A stretch of DNA of 64,000 nt from Vicugna vicugna. Lineage: Eukaryota. The DNA is taken from contig MU058844.1 in assembly GCA_013265495.1 (NCBI GenBank), positions 2,459,520-2,523,519 on the forward strand, in the 5' to 3' direction. This document shows, one piece after another, positions 26,371 through 38,389 of the stretch. Position 1 is the first letter of the stretch, and each line of letters starts with the position of its first letter. The position numbers were made by a program, and so were the translations under genes. Under the pieces are notes generated by a model that was given only the letters and a program-made list of their open reading frames with translations, ran no database searches and was not told the DNA's origin.

Positions 26371-26946
26371 CTTTTATTATTCTTCTCTTTACTATACTTA
26401 TTTTAAGGAATATTATGAAAATAATGATCAAAGATAAGGCCATCTAAAAACACAGTGTAAATAGGCTGCTACTACGTACAAATATTCTGCTTTTGTTCTG
26501 TCTGTTCCTTATAAAACACCTTTACTCTGACTAATGCTTAATCTTCCCACCTCATCCATATACGTTTGACTTTTTATTTTCACTTCACCTCCTGCCATGT
26601 AATTTAACTCAGCATTAAACTCATTCTTCTGTAATCTTTTAATGTTTTCCTGTCTGCTTATTGGGTTAATAAATACAAATTAGCACTTCCAAATATACTT
26701 TATAAATGCAAACAGTGAAATTGTTTGAAAAGCTGAAAAGTGCTCCCAAATAAAGAGCATAATACTGCAACATATTTTCATTGTGATAAATACATTTTAT
26801 TTGAAAATTTATTTATAGCATTAAGTCATAATTGTTTTTTTACTTTGTTCTATTTCTGCTGTTCTTTTAACAACTCTGTAATCGTAAGCATAACGCATTT
26901 CCTGTCTCCTTTCCAGTATTACTGACCTAGCTTAATAGGAACTCGG

Positions 26947-26948
26947 AA

Positions 26949-26980
<32 letters not shown>

Positions 26981-26983
26981 AAA
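26947..26983. repeat. (AAAAC)n simple repeat
   Basis: Read directly from the sequence. Confidence 0.9.
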
Positions 26984-27770
26984 CCTTACAATGGCATCCT
27001 AACAAAAAATCCTTAGATAAACAGAAAATGGCATTTGTGATGTTTAAATAATTCCACAGTTTTATTGAGGCATAAAGTAAAAATGGAAAGTTTTACAGTC
27101 CAGTGCTAGTTTTTCAATCTGGCTAGGAAAAAGTCCATCTCAAACTTATTTAGAACTATCTCACAGGATAACCCTTGTCTTCTCAAATCATATGCTAAGT
27201 GCCTTATATTAATTGTATTTTCTGGTTTGCCTTGGTTATCAGGGATCTCAAAAGTAAATGCACAGGAAGTGTAAGCCTAACAAAACTGTATTTACATCTA
27301 TCCATTACCTTTGATTTTTAGCATAATTTCTTTTTAAATTAACCTTATTGTTATACTTTGTTATAAAATGACTCAGTCCTTTGAAGAGAGGCAAAAGATT
27401 AATACATTCAGTAAATTATTAACATCTTTAATATCTGGAGAACTTGCTGAAGATATTTAAGTCTCTTTCCACATCAATAAACTAATAGCTCCTGTTGACA
27501 TCACACAGGTATGACAATGGAACAAGAGATATACTACAAATAATACAAAATTTCTTCAAAGTCCAATATTAAGTTGTCAATTGTTAATTGCATTTTGAAA
27601 GGAGAATTAGTCTGAATTCTAATTTATAGAACAAATTATTCTGGCATTTATGCTCTCAGGATGAAAAAATGTATACTAATAATGCTTTCCTTTTGACATA
27701 TGTGAAAACAGCTGAGTTTCTTTTTCACTTGAATTATTCATTTCAAGAAGAGCTCAACATTATTTTTCTA

Positions 27771-27854
27771 ACTGGAATTTGACACAACATTGTAAAATGA
27801 TTATAAATCAATAAAAAATGTTAAAAAAAATAAAGTAATTGAGTGGGAAAAAAA
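27771..27854 (+). mobile_element. 84-bp young L1 3' tip with 15-bp TSD
   Basis: 'actggaatttgacacaacattgtaaaatgattataaatcaataaaaaatgttaaaaaaaa' is nearly identical to the 10827 copy. TSD AACATTATTTTTCTA at 27756-27770 and 27855-27869. Confidence 0.9.
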
Positions 27855-28599
27855 AACATTATTTTTCTAGGTATAAGACTACACCACTAATGAAGTTTGA
27901 ATTGGTGTCATGCACTGATGTTATAAAGTTTTACTGCACTCAGTAATGTAGGTCAGAGCTATACTAAATCACTTAGAAATATCAATTGCTGGCATCCAAG
28001 TGATAACAAAAACACCTAAAATATCCATATTAGATATCTTTTCTTAGGATTCCTCTTCCATACATTCATCACCATACATGAAGCAGAACAAACTAGAAGA
28101 TAACATGCGTGACTCTAAGGCAATCAAACTGTGTTACTATCAATAATATACCTACACATCTACTAAATTAAAAGAAAAAAATCCAGTGTAAAAATGAAAA
28201 CAGTACCTAGAAAGAATCTTTACAGAAGAAAAGACGTAAACACAAAAGAAGAAATGTGAATATCCAATAAACTATGGTCAAAATCATTGATAAAACTGAA
28301 AAGTGAGATGACTATAGTCTTTATTCAGGTAAGAGAAATTTAAAATACCATAAAGATTTAGAACATTCTCATACACAGTTTATGGGAATACGAATTCTTA
28401 CATTTTTGGGGAAGAAACTTCCACTATCTTTTAAAAATAAAGAGAATTTATTTTGACCCCGCTATCGTAAATTTGGGAATGAATCACGCAACATAGGAGT
28501 TAACAATACAATGACAATAGTATAAATGAACAAGAATTCATACTGCATCACTGCATAATGAAGATTAAAGACTGATGGTCATCATACCTTTGGGACACC

Positions 28600-29036
28600 A
28601 GTGCCTTTCTGCAATCTTTTAATGTGTTCTAAGACCTGGGAGGCTGATGTGTACACACTGCATCAGAGATTCCCTTGCATTCTGAAGGGAGTTTCCATTG
28701 GGTTTAGATTGTGAAAGGAAGGAAAAGAGGAACATAAAGCCAGAATATTTATTATCCAGATTTGTTTCCTGCTAGGTTTCCATGGATTGGTTATACCCTT
28801 TAACCAAAGACCAAAGTTCCTGTCAAGAATTACTCTTCCTATTGTTATTTCTCTGAATTCTAACATGCTCCCTTCTCTTGGCCATTCCAGTTCCCTGGTG
28901 TTCCTAGCCCCTTGTTGCTACTAGCACTTTATTTTTAAAATTTTTTTCCCTAATACCTTTTAAAATAGTCCCTTTATTAAATTATCTTCAGCTTGAGGGT
29001 GTACATCTTCTCTTAGCTGGGATCTTGCCTGATACA
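28600..29036 (+). mobile_element. ERVL LTR remnant (LTR16/LTR33-like)
   Basis: 3' end 'tccctttattaaattatcttcagc...ctgggatcttgcctgataca'. The 5' boundary is uncertain. Confidence 0.5.
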
Positions 29037-29039
29037 TCT

Positions 29040-30205
29040 ATCAATAAGAAAATGGCTTAATAAATTCTAATACAGCGATACTCATAAAGTGCACTAGGTC
29101 TACATGTTTTGGCTTAGAGGAATATGTGTAATATAATGTAGAATAAGAGACTAAATTTAATAGCAAAATATGGCACTAACAAAAAGAAGACAGCACACTA
29201 AGAAAAGGTACATATATACATATATAACTTAAATACAAATTAGTATTGAAATTATACAAGAAATCTCACAAATCAATTAGAAAAAGACAAAAACTCTAGT
29301 TTAAAAAATATATGGCAAATAATATGAACTGATAATTTACATAAGAGATAACCAATAAACTAACACGAGACACATATAAGTCAAACACATAACAAAAATG
29401 CTCTATTTTACTTATAATTAGGAAAATATAAATTAAAAGGAATGACATTTCACACACACATCACAGTGGTAATTTTTTTTTAATGTAAATACTAAGTGTT
29501 AGAGATGATATGGAGAAAAGGGGCTCTCATACAGAACTAGTTGGAGAGTAAATAGGTAGTACCAATAAGTAAAAAGCTATAGAATACATATTTGATAAAT
29601 TGAGTATGTTTGTATGCTTGATGCAGTCATTTCACACCTAGATATATTCACCTAAGCAGGAGTCAGCAAACTTTAGCCTGAATCAGAACTACAGGGGGCT
29701 TGCTAAAACAAAGATTGCTGTCTCTACCACCAGAGTTTCTAATCCAGGAGGGCTGGGATGAGCCCTGAGAATTTCCATTTCTAAAAATTTCCCAGGTGAT
29801 ACTGATGCTGCTGGCCCAGGGCCCAAACTTTGAGAAGCATTGCTCTAGAGAAACTTTTACCCATGTATATAATGGGATATGTGAAAGACTGTTTACTACC
29901 ATACTATTTACAATAGTGAAAAATTGGAAACAAACTTAAAGTTCATTTACAGAAGAGATATACAACTTGTGGTATACTTATACAAATAAATACTATAGAC
30001 TTACTAAAGTAAGTGAACAAAAAATCTACTTGCATAAATAGCGGTAGAACTCATCAACATAATAGTGAGTAAAACATCTGTTTTCAAAAGAATAAATTAA
30101 TTATATATTATATTTTAACAGGTAAAACACAAATCATCATTTGTGGAGAAACACTTATATATACAGTTACTTTAAAAAATATAGGAGTGGCACACTCTAA
30201 ATTTA
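29040..30205 (+). mobile_element. Old L1M 3' region, host to MER5A and a younger L1; resumes at about 32785-32950
   Basis: 'agatgatatggagaaaaggggctctcatacagaactagttggagagtaaat' and 'atttacaatagtgaaaaattggaaacaa'. Confidence 0.65.
29657..29842. mobile_element. MER5A (hAT-Charlie MITE)
   Basis: 'gagccctgagaatttccatttctaaaaatttcccaggtgatactgatgctgctgg...ctttgagaagcattg', followed by a ctctagag-type target site. Confidence 0.85.
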
Positions 30206-32688
30206 AAATTGTAGCAAACCAACTCCAACAATACATTAAAAGGATCATACACCATGATCAAGGGAGCTTTAATCCCAGGGATGTGAGGATTTTTCAATAT
30301 CTACAAATCAATCAGTGTGATACACCACATTAACAATTTGAAAAATAAAAACCATATGATCACATCAATAGATGCAGGAAAAACTTTTGATAAAATTCAA
30401 CATCCATTTATGATAAAAAAATCTCCAGAAAGGGGGCATAGAGGGAACATATTTCAACATAATAAAGACCATTTATGACAAGCCCACAGCTAATATCATA
30501 CTTAAGGTGAAAAGCTGAAAGCATTCCTGTTAAATTCAGGGAAAAAAAAAAGATGCCCACTCTCACCATTTTTATTCGACATAGTTTGGGAAGTCCTAGT
30601 CACAGAAATCAGAGAAGAAAAAGAAGTAAAAGGAATCCAAATTGGAAAGCAAGAAGGAAGACCATCACTGTCTGCAAATGACACAATATTATACATAGAA
30701 AATCCTAAAGTCACTACCAGAAAACTACTAGAGCTCATCAATGAATTTGGTAAAGTTGCAAGGTACAAAATTAACATACAGAAATCTGTTGCATTTCTAT
30801 ACACTAACAAGAAAATATCAGAAAGAGAAATTAAGGAAACAATCCCATTTACCATTGCATCAAAAAGAATAAAATACTTAGGAATAAACTTATCTAAGGA
30901 GGCAAAAGACCTGTACTCTGAAAACTATAACACACTAATTAAAGTAATTGAAAACAACACAAGCAAATAGAAAGATATACCATGTTCTTTGGTTGAAAGA
31001 ATCAATATTGTTAACATGACCACATTACCCAAGGCACTATATAGATTCAATGCAATTCCTATCAATTACCAGTGACATTTTTCCACAGAACTGGGGAAAA
31101 AAAATTAAAATCTGTATGGAAACACAAAAGACCCCAAATAGCCAAAACAATACTAAGAAAGAAGAATGGATCTGGAGGAATCCCGCACTTTGACTTCAGA
31201 CTATACTTTAAAACTATAGTAATCAATACAGTATGGTACTGGCACAGAAACAGGCACATAAATCAATGGAACAGGATAGAAAGCCCAGAAATAAACCCAT
31301 ACACCTATGCTCAATTAATCTATGACAAAAGAGGCAAGAATACACAATGGAGAAAAGACAGTCTCTTCAATAAGCTGGGAAAACTAAACAGCTACATGTA
31401 GAAGAATGAAATTAGAACATTCTCTAATACCACATACAAAAATAAACACAAAATAGAATAAAGACCTAAATGTAAGACCAGATACTCTAAAATTCCGAGA
31501 GGAAAATATAGAACGAACACTCCATAACGTAAATTGCAGCAATATTTTTTTGGATCCATCTCCTAGGGTAATGAAAACAAAAGCAAAAATAAACAAATAG
31601 GACTTAATTAAACTTAACAGCTTTTGAACAGCAAAGGAAACTAAAAACAAAAAGAGAAAACAACCTACAGAATGGGAGAAAATATTTGCAAACAATGTGA
31701 CTGACAAGGGCTTAATTTCCAAAATAGACAAACAATTTATACAGCTCAATACCAAGAAAATAAACAAACAAATCCAATCCAAAATGAACAGAAGACCTTA
31801 ATAGACATTTCTCCAAAGAATACATACAGATGGCCAACAGGCACATGAAAAGATGCTCCACATTAGAGAAATGCAAATCAAAACTGTAATGAGGTATCAC
31901 CTCACACTTGTCAGACTGTCAGACTGGCCATCATCAAAAAGTCTACAAATAATAAACGTTGGAGAGGGTGTGAAGAAAATAAAGCCTTCCTACACTACTG
32001 GTGGGAATGTAAATTGGTGCAGCCACTATGGAGAACAATATGGAGGTTCCTTAAAAAACTTAAAATAGAGTTACCATATGATCCAGCAATCCCATTCCTG
32101 GGCATATAACCAGAAAAGACAAAGTGTGTAATTTGAAAAGATACACGCACCCCAATGTTCATAGTAGCACTGTTTACAGTAACCAAGACATAGAAGCATA
32201 TGAAATGTCCATCAACAGATGAATGGATAAAGAAGATGTGATATATATAATACTGCTCAGCCATAAAAAAAGAATGAAATTCTGCCATTTTCAGCAACAT
32301 GGGTGGATCTAGAGATTATCAAACCAAGTGAAGTCAGACAGAGAAAGACAAATATCATATGATATCATTTATATGTGGAATCTAAAAAAATGGTACAAAT
32401 GAAATTATTTACAAAACAGAAACAGTTTCACAGACATAGAAAACAAACTTATGGTTATTGAGGGGGGATGGTGTGGAAGAGGATAAATTGGGAGTTCGAG
32501 ATTTGCAAATACTAACTACCATATAATAAAATAGATATACAAGTTTCTTCTGTGTAGCTCAAGGCACCATATTCAATATCTTGTAATAACTTATAATGGA
32601 AAAGAATCTGAAAAAAATATATGTATAACTGAATCACTTTGCTGTACATCTGAAACATTACAAATCAACTATATTTCAATTTTAAAAA
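30205..32688 (+). mobile_element. 5'-truncated L1 with decayed ORF2 RT/C-terminal region and 3' UTR
   Basis: Fragments translate as L1 ORF2 ([27 protein letters not shown] 31072-31401 [22 protein letters not shown]). The FADD motif reads SAND near 30671, and there are stops and frameshifts, so it is inactive. Confidence 0.97.
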
Positions 32689-33029
32689 TCCCAATAAAAA
32701 AAAGTAAGTCCATATCTGTTCGAGATTCCCACAGTTTCACTATTATAGGAGTTGGATTTAAAATGTCTGTGACTAAAAGAAAAAAATAGTGATAAACTCT
32801 GAGACAGGATATAAAGGGGGACTATATCATGAAATTCAGCTGAATCTATAATACATTGTATCTTGAATTGAACTGAGGCGTTATGTGGGTGTTCATTATA
32901 TCAGTCATTCACAACTTTTTCTGTATGACATACTTCATTAAGTAAAATAAAAATAAGTTATAGGGTAATATACATTTTTTCATATTTATGCGACTGCCCT
33001 CAGCTGGACTAAAGGAATGTAGCTATAGA

Positions 33030-33170
33030 GGTATACTGGAATATAATTGAACTTGTATCCTGTAAAATTGTGACATTTACTTATTAATTCTGGGAGTTTT
33101 TGTAGGTTCTTTGGTATTTTCTACATAGACATACATGTCATTTGTGAACAGAATGTTTTATTTCTTAATA
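33030..33170 (-). mobile_element. Old L1 ORF2 fragment
   Basis: 'acttgtatcctg...ttaattctgggagtttttgtaggttctttggtattttctacatagacatacatgtcatttgtgaacag'. Confidence 0.75.
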
Positions 33171-35879
33171 TCTCAAACCGGAGAAAGAACTGGTCCTTAT
33201 GATGATGCTCTACTCATGTCTGTATGGGAGAAAGGTTGATGAGAAATGTGAAAAGGATTTGAATACTTATGCTTTCACGCAATTTTTTCACAGAGATCCA
33301 AAATACTATCAGTTTAGCAAGGGTAAAGGATTGTACATTACAATCTTCCTATACCCTTTGTCCATTCATCTAAATTAATCCAGGTCTGATTGAAAGAGTT
33401 CAGAACTATAACAACTGAAATGCAAAAAAAAAAAGTGGTAAGATAATTACCAACAGAAAAATAATGTGTCTATTACCTGCTAAATAATGTATCAATGATT
33501 CCCTAGTGTTGTAATGAAAACTCAGGATGGCACTGAAATTTTCTAATTAAGGAAGACATAATAACTCATTTCACAGCAAATGCATATAGGCATATACTAA
33601 AAATCAGAATTGTGAGGTAAGAACATGAGGCTAGGAAACATTTTCTAGTCCTAACAGTCATTTTGTATTTGTTGTTGGTAAGATCTGAGTGTTTAGGGAG
33701 ATGAAACAGTCATCAATCAGAATGAAAGCTGAGTATGAATTTAAAAGCAGTAATAATAAACAATTCAAATGAAAATTAACCATTTTCTCAGTCATGCCGG
33801 CTGTGTAGGAATTGAATGAAGTTAAGTGCATGAAAGGCCTTGGTAAAATGTAACTAGCTATAAAAATGTAAGAGATTTTTATTTAAAAAAAAATCTATTA
33901 TACTGAAAAGCTACTCACACAACACTATTGGAATGAAAAGATGTACACAAAGCAAAATTTATGACATAAATGAAAGGAGGTCCTCAATAATCCACAAATG
34001 AGAAAATTTTTCTAAAATAATTGACTACGAATGGACTATCTGTGTTTCTCTTATTTATTTACTCCTGAGGCTTTTCTTCCAATATAGTTTTAGGGTCTTT
34101 CCCCCTCTTCTATTGGTTCCAAATTTAATGTTATAAAGAAAATTTACCTAAAATGGATACTAGTTTAGTGTAGTAAGCTTCAAAAATACAAAATTCTTCC
34201 TACTGAGCTTTACCTCATTTCAATCCAATCCAAGAAGACCACCTTGTTCACTTTGCTTATAGATATCTGAAAGAAAATTTTACATTTCTTTGCAAAAACT
34301 TCCCTGGATTACCATTTTCTCAAGCTGGTCTTATAAAAATACATAGTTTTTTTTTTTTTTAATTTCAAAGCAGGTGATGTTTAGAGGAAAGGTCTCTAGC
34401 CTTTCTTCTCCTTAACAGTCTTGTTCTAATTTTGTCTTTGACAATTAGCAAACACAGAGCAGTTTCAAATTCCATTATTAAAATGTCCTTAATTGTGGAG
34501 GATGAAGATGTTTCAGGAGATATTTTATAATTATATTGGGTATTTAGTGCAGTTAGTTCTATATGAATGTGGCTTTAATTAATGCAATTATATAAATCAG
34601 AGAAGAGCATATTAAAGCTCCTTGATTAACAAGCTAATTGTAATTTATTATTTCTCAAGAATTATTTCTTGGCAACCAAGCCAAACAATGCACCTTACAA
34701 TGAACATTCAACAGTTCTTTGTTCAATAAGTTCAATTGTTCATTTTTATTTTAAACGTTCTGAACTTGATGACAATGGCCTTTCCCCTTTTGCTTTGAAT
34801 AAAAGATTAACAATAATTACTTTTAAGTGAAAGTGTGTCTCACTGCACTTAGCACATAATAAGACAGTATATTCCTGAGTCACTGATTAAAAGTGATCAG
34901 TACAACATCATGCAAAACAAGACTGAATTCACCAGGTTGTGTGAAACAGCCATTAACTACACGAACAACATGTTCTATCAAAAGTCCTAGGAGGAGGATA
35001 ATTACTGAGCCAATATGATTTGAATCCAATACTTAATTATCCATGATAATCAGTCCTGTACAGAGCTTTCTGACTCAATGACATATGAAAACCTTTTATA
35101 AAAAAGAAAGCATACCTATCATAGTGTTTTTTGAGACAGTCAAGTAAAAAATAACGATGTCCAAGAGGAAATATATAAATTTACATGCACCCAACAAAGT
35201 TTGGTATATGCCTTTGTAAATGCTTTGATGTCATGTCTATCTCACCTTTCACAGCATATGTTGGTCTTTATATGCAGAAAATTATCTCTGGGTATTGGTC
35301 CAAAATATATAAAGAAAAGAGTTTTATTACTCCCCAAGTGACTACTTCTTCTCATTATTATTATTACTAAATCTTTTTGGTTTTTATTATCAGATACCCT
35401 TGTAATGCCAATCAATGTAAAAATTGGTAACAACCCGCTACACGAAGTCCTGTGGAAAGCTGACATCATTACATCTCCCTAGCAACAGCAGGTACATTAC
35501 CTCATCTATCTGGATTAACCAATGTATATTAGCTAAGAGATGCTTTCCATTTAAATAGAAATTACTTTCAAAAAAAAGAAAAAGAAAGAGAACGTTATTA
35601 AATGAAGAAATAGCTGGATCACTAAAACCCTAGGTTGTTATATATCATGTCAACTCATCTTCAGAGATTTAGCCTCTTTGTTCTGTTTACTTCTTTATAC
35701 ACCAGGAGAGGGCTCCTCATCCATCCTGATTTATAATTTTACTGTGATGTCAAAAAGGAACACTACTGATGGACAATAAGAGATTAGCCATGTCAACCAA
35801 AGACTGAGGACCTTTGATCACTAATGTACTCTTGTTATTACAAGTGTTATTGTTAGAAGTTATACATCACCTCTTGTCA

Positions 35880-36400
35880 AGATTAAAGATAAATACAGGT
35901 GTTCCTAATTAGAGCATGGCCTTCCACATTGTATTCATAAATTCAGGTACCTTATACATTGTGTCTCTGCCTTTCTTTAGGGCTTCAGAGTCCTCCGCAT
36001 TCAGCCAGTAAGTAGAGACATGATTCTCAAAGTAGTGTTTATCAGGATCACTCTGAGAGTTTGTTAAAACAATAATCGCTCAGTCCATCTTGAGAATTTC
36101 TGATTAAACAGATCTGGGGTGAAAACCAAGAATGTGCATTTCCAAAATTGTCCCAGATGATACTGTTGCTCATTTGAGGACCACAATTTGAATATCACTG
36201 AAGTGGAGAATAAACACAGTAATCACGCTTGAAAGGATTTTATAGGCCAGTCCTGGAAATAACGTATATTTATTTTATTTAATATTACTTACACAAAAGG
36301 TCTCATCTACCTACAAGGGAGGCTAGGAAATATGGCTTGTTTTTATGTGCTGTAAGAAGAAGCAATGGGTTTTTATAAGCAGCCAATGATCTCTGTTACA
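35880..36400 (-). mobile_element. Old MaLR LTR (MLT1K-like) interrupted by MER5
   Basis: 'ttttataggccagtcctggaaataac...ctacaagggaggctaggaaatat...ctctgttaca'. Confidence 0.55.
36019..36200. mobile_element. MER5-type hAT MITE
   Basis: 'catgattctcaaagt...ccaagaatgtgcatttccaaaattgtcccagatgatactgttgct...ggaccacaatttgaatatcactg'. Confidence 0.8.
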
Positions 36401-36469
36401 GGTGACAATTAGTTCATACTGTTATTTTTGCCTTCCACAGAATCTTGAGTAGAATAATCAATCTATTTA

Positions 36470-36530
36470 TCCATCCAATGGCTACCTGTCTGTCTATCCA
36501 TCCATCCAACCATCCATTCATCCATCCATC
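36470..36530. repeat. Degenerate (TCCA)n repeat
   Basis: Read directly from the sequence. Confidence 0.85.
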
Positions 36531-37714
36531 TACTTATTTGGATTCAATTTCTTTTTACTCAGGCCATGAAAGAAAAAGAAGTTTAACCCTTAAGAGGAAA
36601 TTTTAAAACAAACAAAAGCATGTTATCACCAATACTTTCCAAATATATTCTCAATTTCTAATAAAACCCAAGAAATTCCAGGAATTTGAAGGAATGTCAT
36701 ACTAAAGATATCTTGGAAAAATACAAAACATGTGTTCAAGGGTATCTCATAGAGCACTATTTATAGATGCAAAAGTCTGAAAACAAATCTAAGCCTATCA
36801 GTAAGGGAACTGGCTGAATATCCTATGATAAATAACAAAATATAGGTCAAAAATGTCCTCTGAAATTCTCTATTGAGGTAAGTCTTCTTTACAACTCCTA
36901 GAAGCTTTTTATTAAAGATCCTCTATAGAAGTTGACAAGGAGGCAGTGAGAAGTAACTGGCTGGTCAGACAATAGCATAATGGTGAGATATGCATTTTAG
37001 CTACTTATACTTCCCTGAGTAGATACATAAATGATGTGTAACTACTTTCCCATGGTAGATTTTAGTAGGAGAGACTGACTTATACTCATTAAAACTGAAG
37101 TATGTAACCAAAATTCCCGTTAAGTATTTTATAGGAATGTAATTTTTTAGGAGACCAGATGTTTGGATCAGGTCAACTATGACATTCTCCTCTTGAAAGC
37201 CACAGAATATTGGGATTTTTCTGAATTAAAATGTATAAAAGTGGTTGTTTATATTATGATTTATTTTTGCCTTTGTATGATGGACTATATTTCATAATTT
37301 CAATTTTTCTGTTCAGTTGCTGTATTTCCACTAATTATGGTTTATATGATTCAAAGATACGTCTTTACACTGGAAAAATCTCTGGTAATTAATTCTTTAT
37401 TGTGATTTTTACAGTTTATCATTACAAAATATTAATCACAATCATCTTTATTTTTTGCCTTGACTACATTTTGCCTTGTATAACTATTGTAATCATTGTC
37501 TGATTCCATTTTGTTTACACTTGCCTTATATAATGTTGCATGATGTTTTACATTTATAATCTGTGTTCTTTCTAATTAGGATTTTGTTTACTTATGCTTT
37601 CTAATTGGAACTAAGAGGCTTTAGTTTAATTGGAAAAGCTTATTATGTTGGCATTTTTATTATAATCAGCATAAAGTGTTTAAACTAATGACCATCATCT
37701 TGTTCTGTAATAAA

Positions 37715-37920
37715 GAAGCAGTATCAAAGTATGAACTGTCTAAACCTGAATCCTATCTACAACACTTAGTGTGTGATCTTGGGCAAGTAAATGAAACTGT
37801 CCATCTCAGTATCATTTGTAAAATGAGATTAGTAACAACATCTACATCATAAAGATATTGTTGAGTTTTAAATGAATTATTATATGTAAAGCATTTAGAA
37901 TATAATAAATATTATTTAAC
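37715..37920 (+). mobile_element. MIR SINE
   Basis: 'acacttagtgtgtgatcttgggcaagtaa...catttgtaaaatgagattagtaacaacatctacatcata...tatgtaaagcatttagaa'. Confidence 0.8.
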
Positions 37921-38389
37921 TGTTATTATGATTTCTTGTATTTTATTCTTATTTAAAATATTTATACAATTTTTATATGGCTCACTGTATCTGATTTTAG
38001 TCTACTCAGTATTTAATGTGCATATGTCCTATTTTTCATTCAACCAGTGAATATAAAATTTTCAATATTATATTTACTTTCTGAAATCTCATTCTCAAAA
38101 TTACGAGGGAGAGTTTTTTTGCTGAGCCTTACCTAACTGATATAAGGAATTCAGAGCACTCTGCTCTGGTTATTACCATCCTTACCATAATTAATGTTCT
38201 GTAAATAATTCTGGAATCTTCGGATCATAGAATTACTAGTACACTATCTGTTTCATGTGATCACTCTGCTTTTATAAAGAATTTATGTTCAATTGAGTTT
38301 CATAATCATACTATTCTAAGGCATTTAAATTGATTAGTCTTAATGCTCAATGGTACTAATAATTCTGAAAGGATTATTTTATCTTTATT

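Noticed and set aside
30502..32300. Hydrophobic minus-strand ORFs resembling membrane proteins
   Set aside because: These are the familiar antisense frames of L1 ORF2.
35473..35525. MHC class II SXY promoter
   Set aside because: The X1 box matches, but no X2 or correctly spaced Y box follows and no MHC exons are present.
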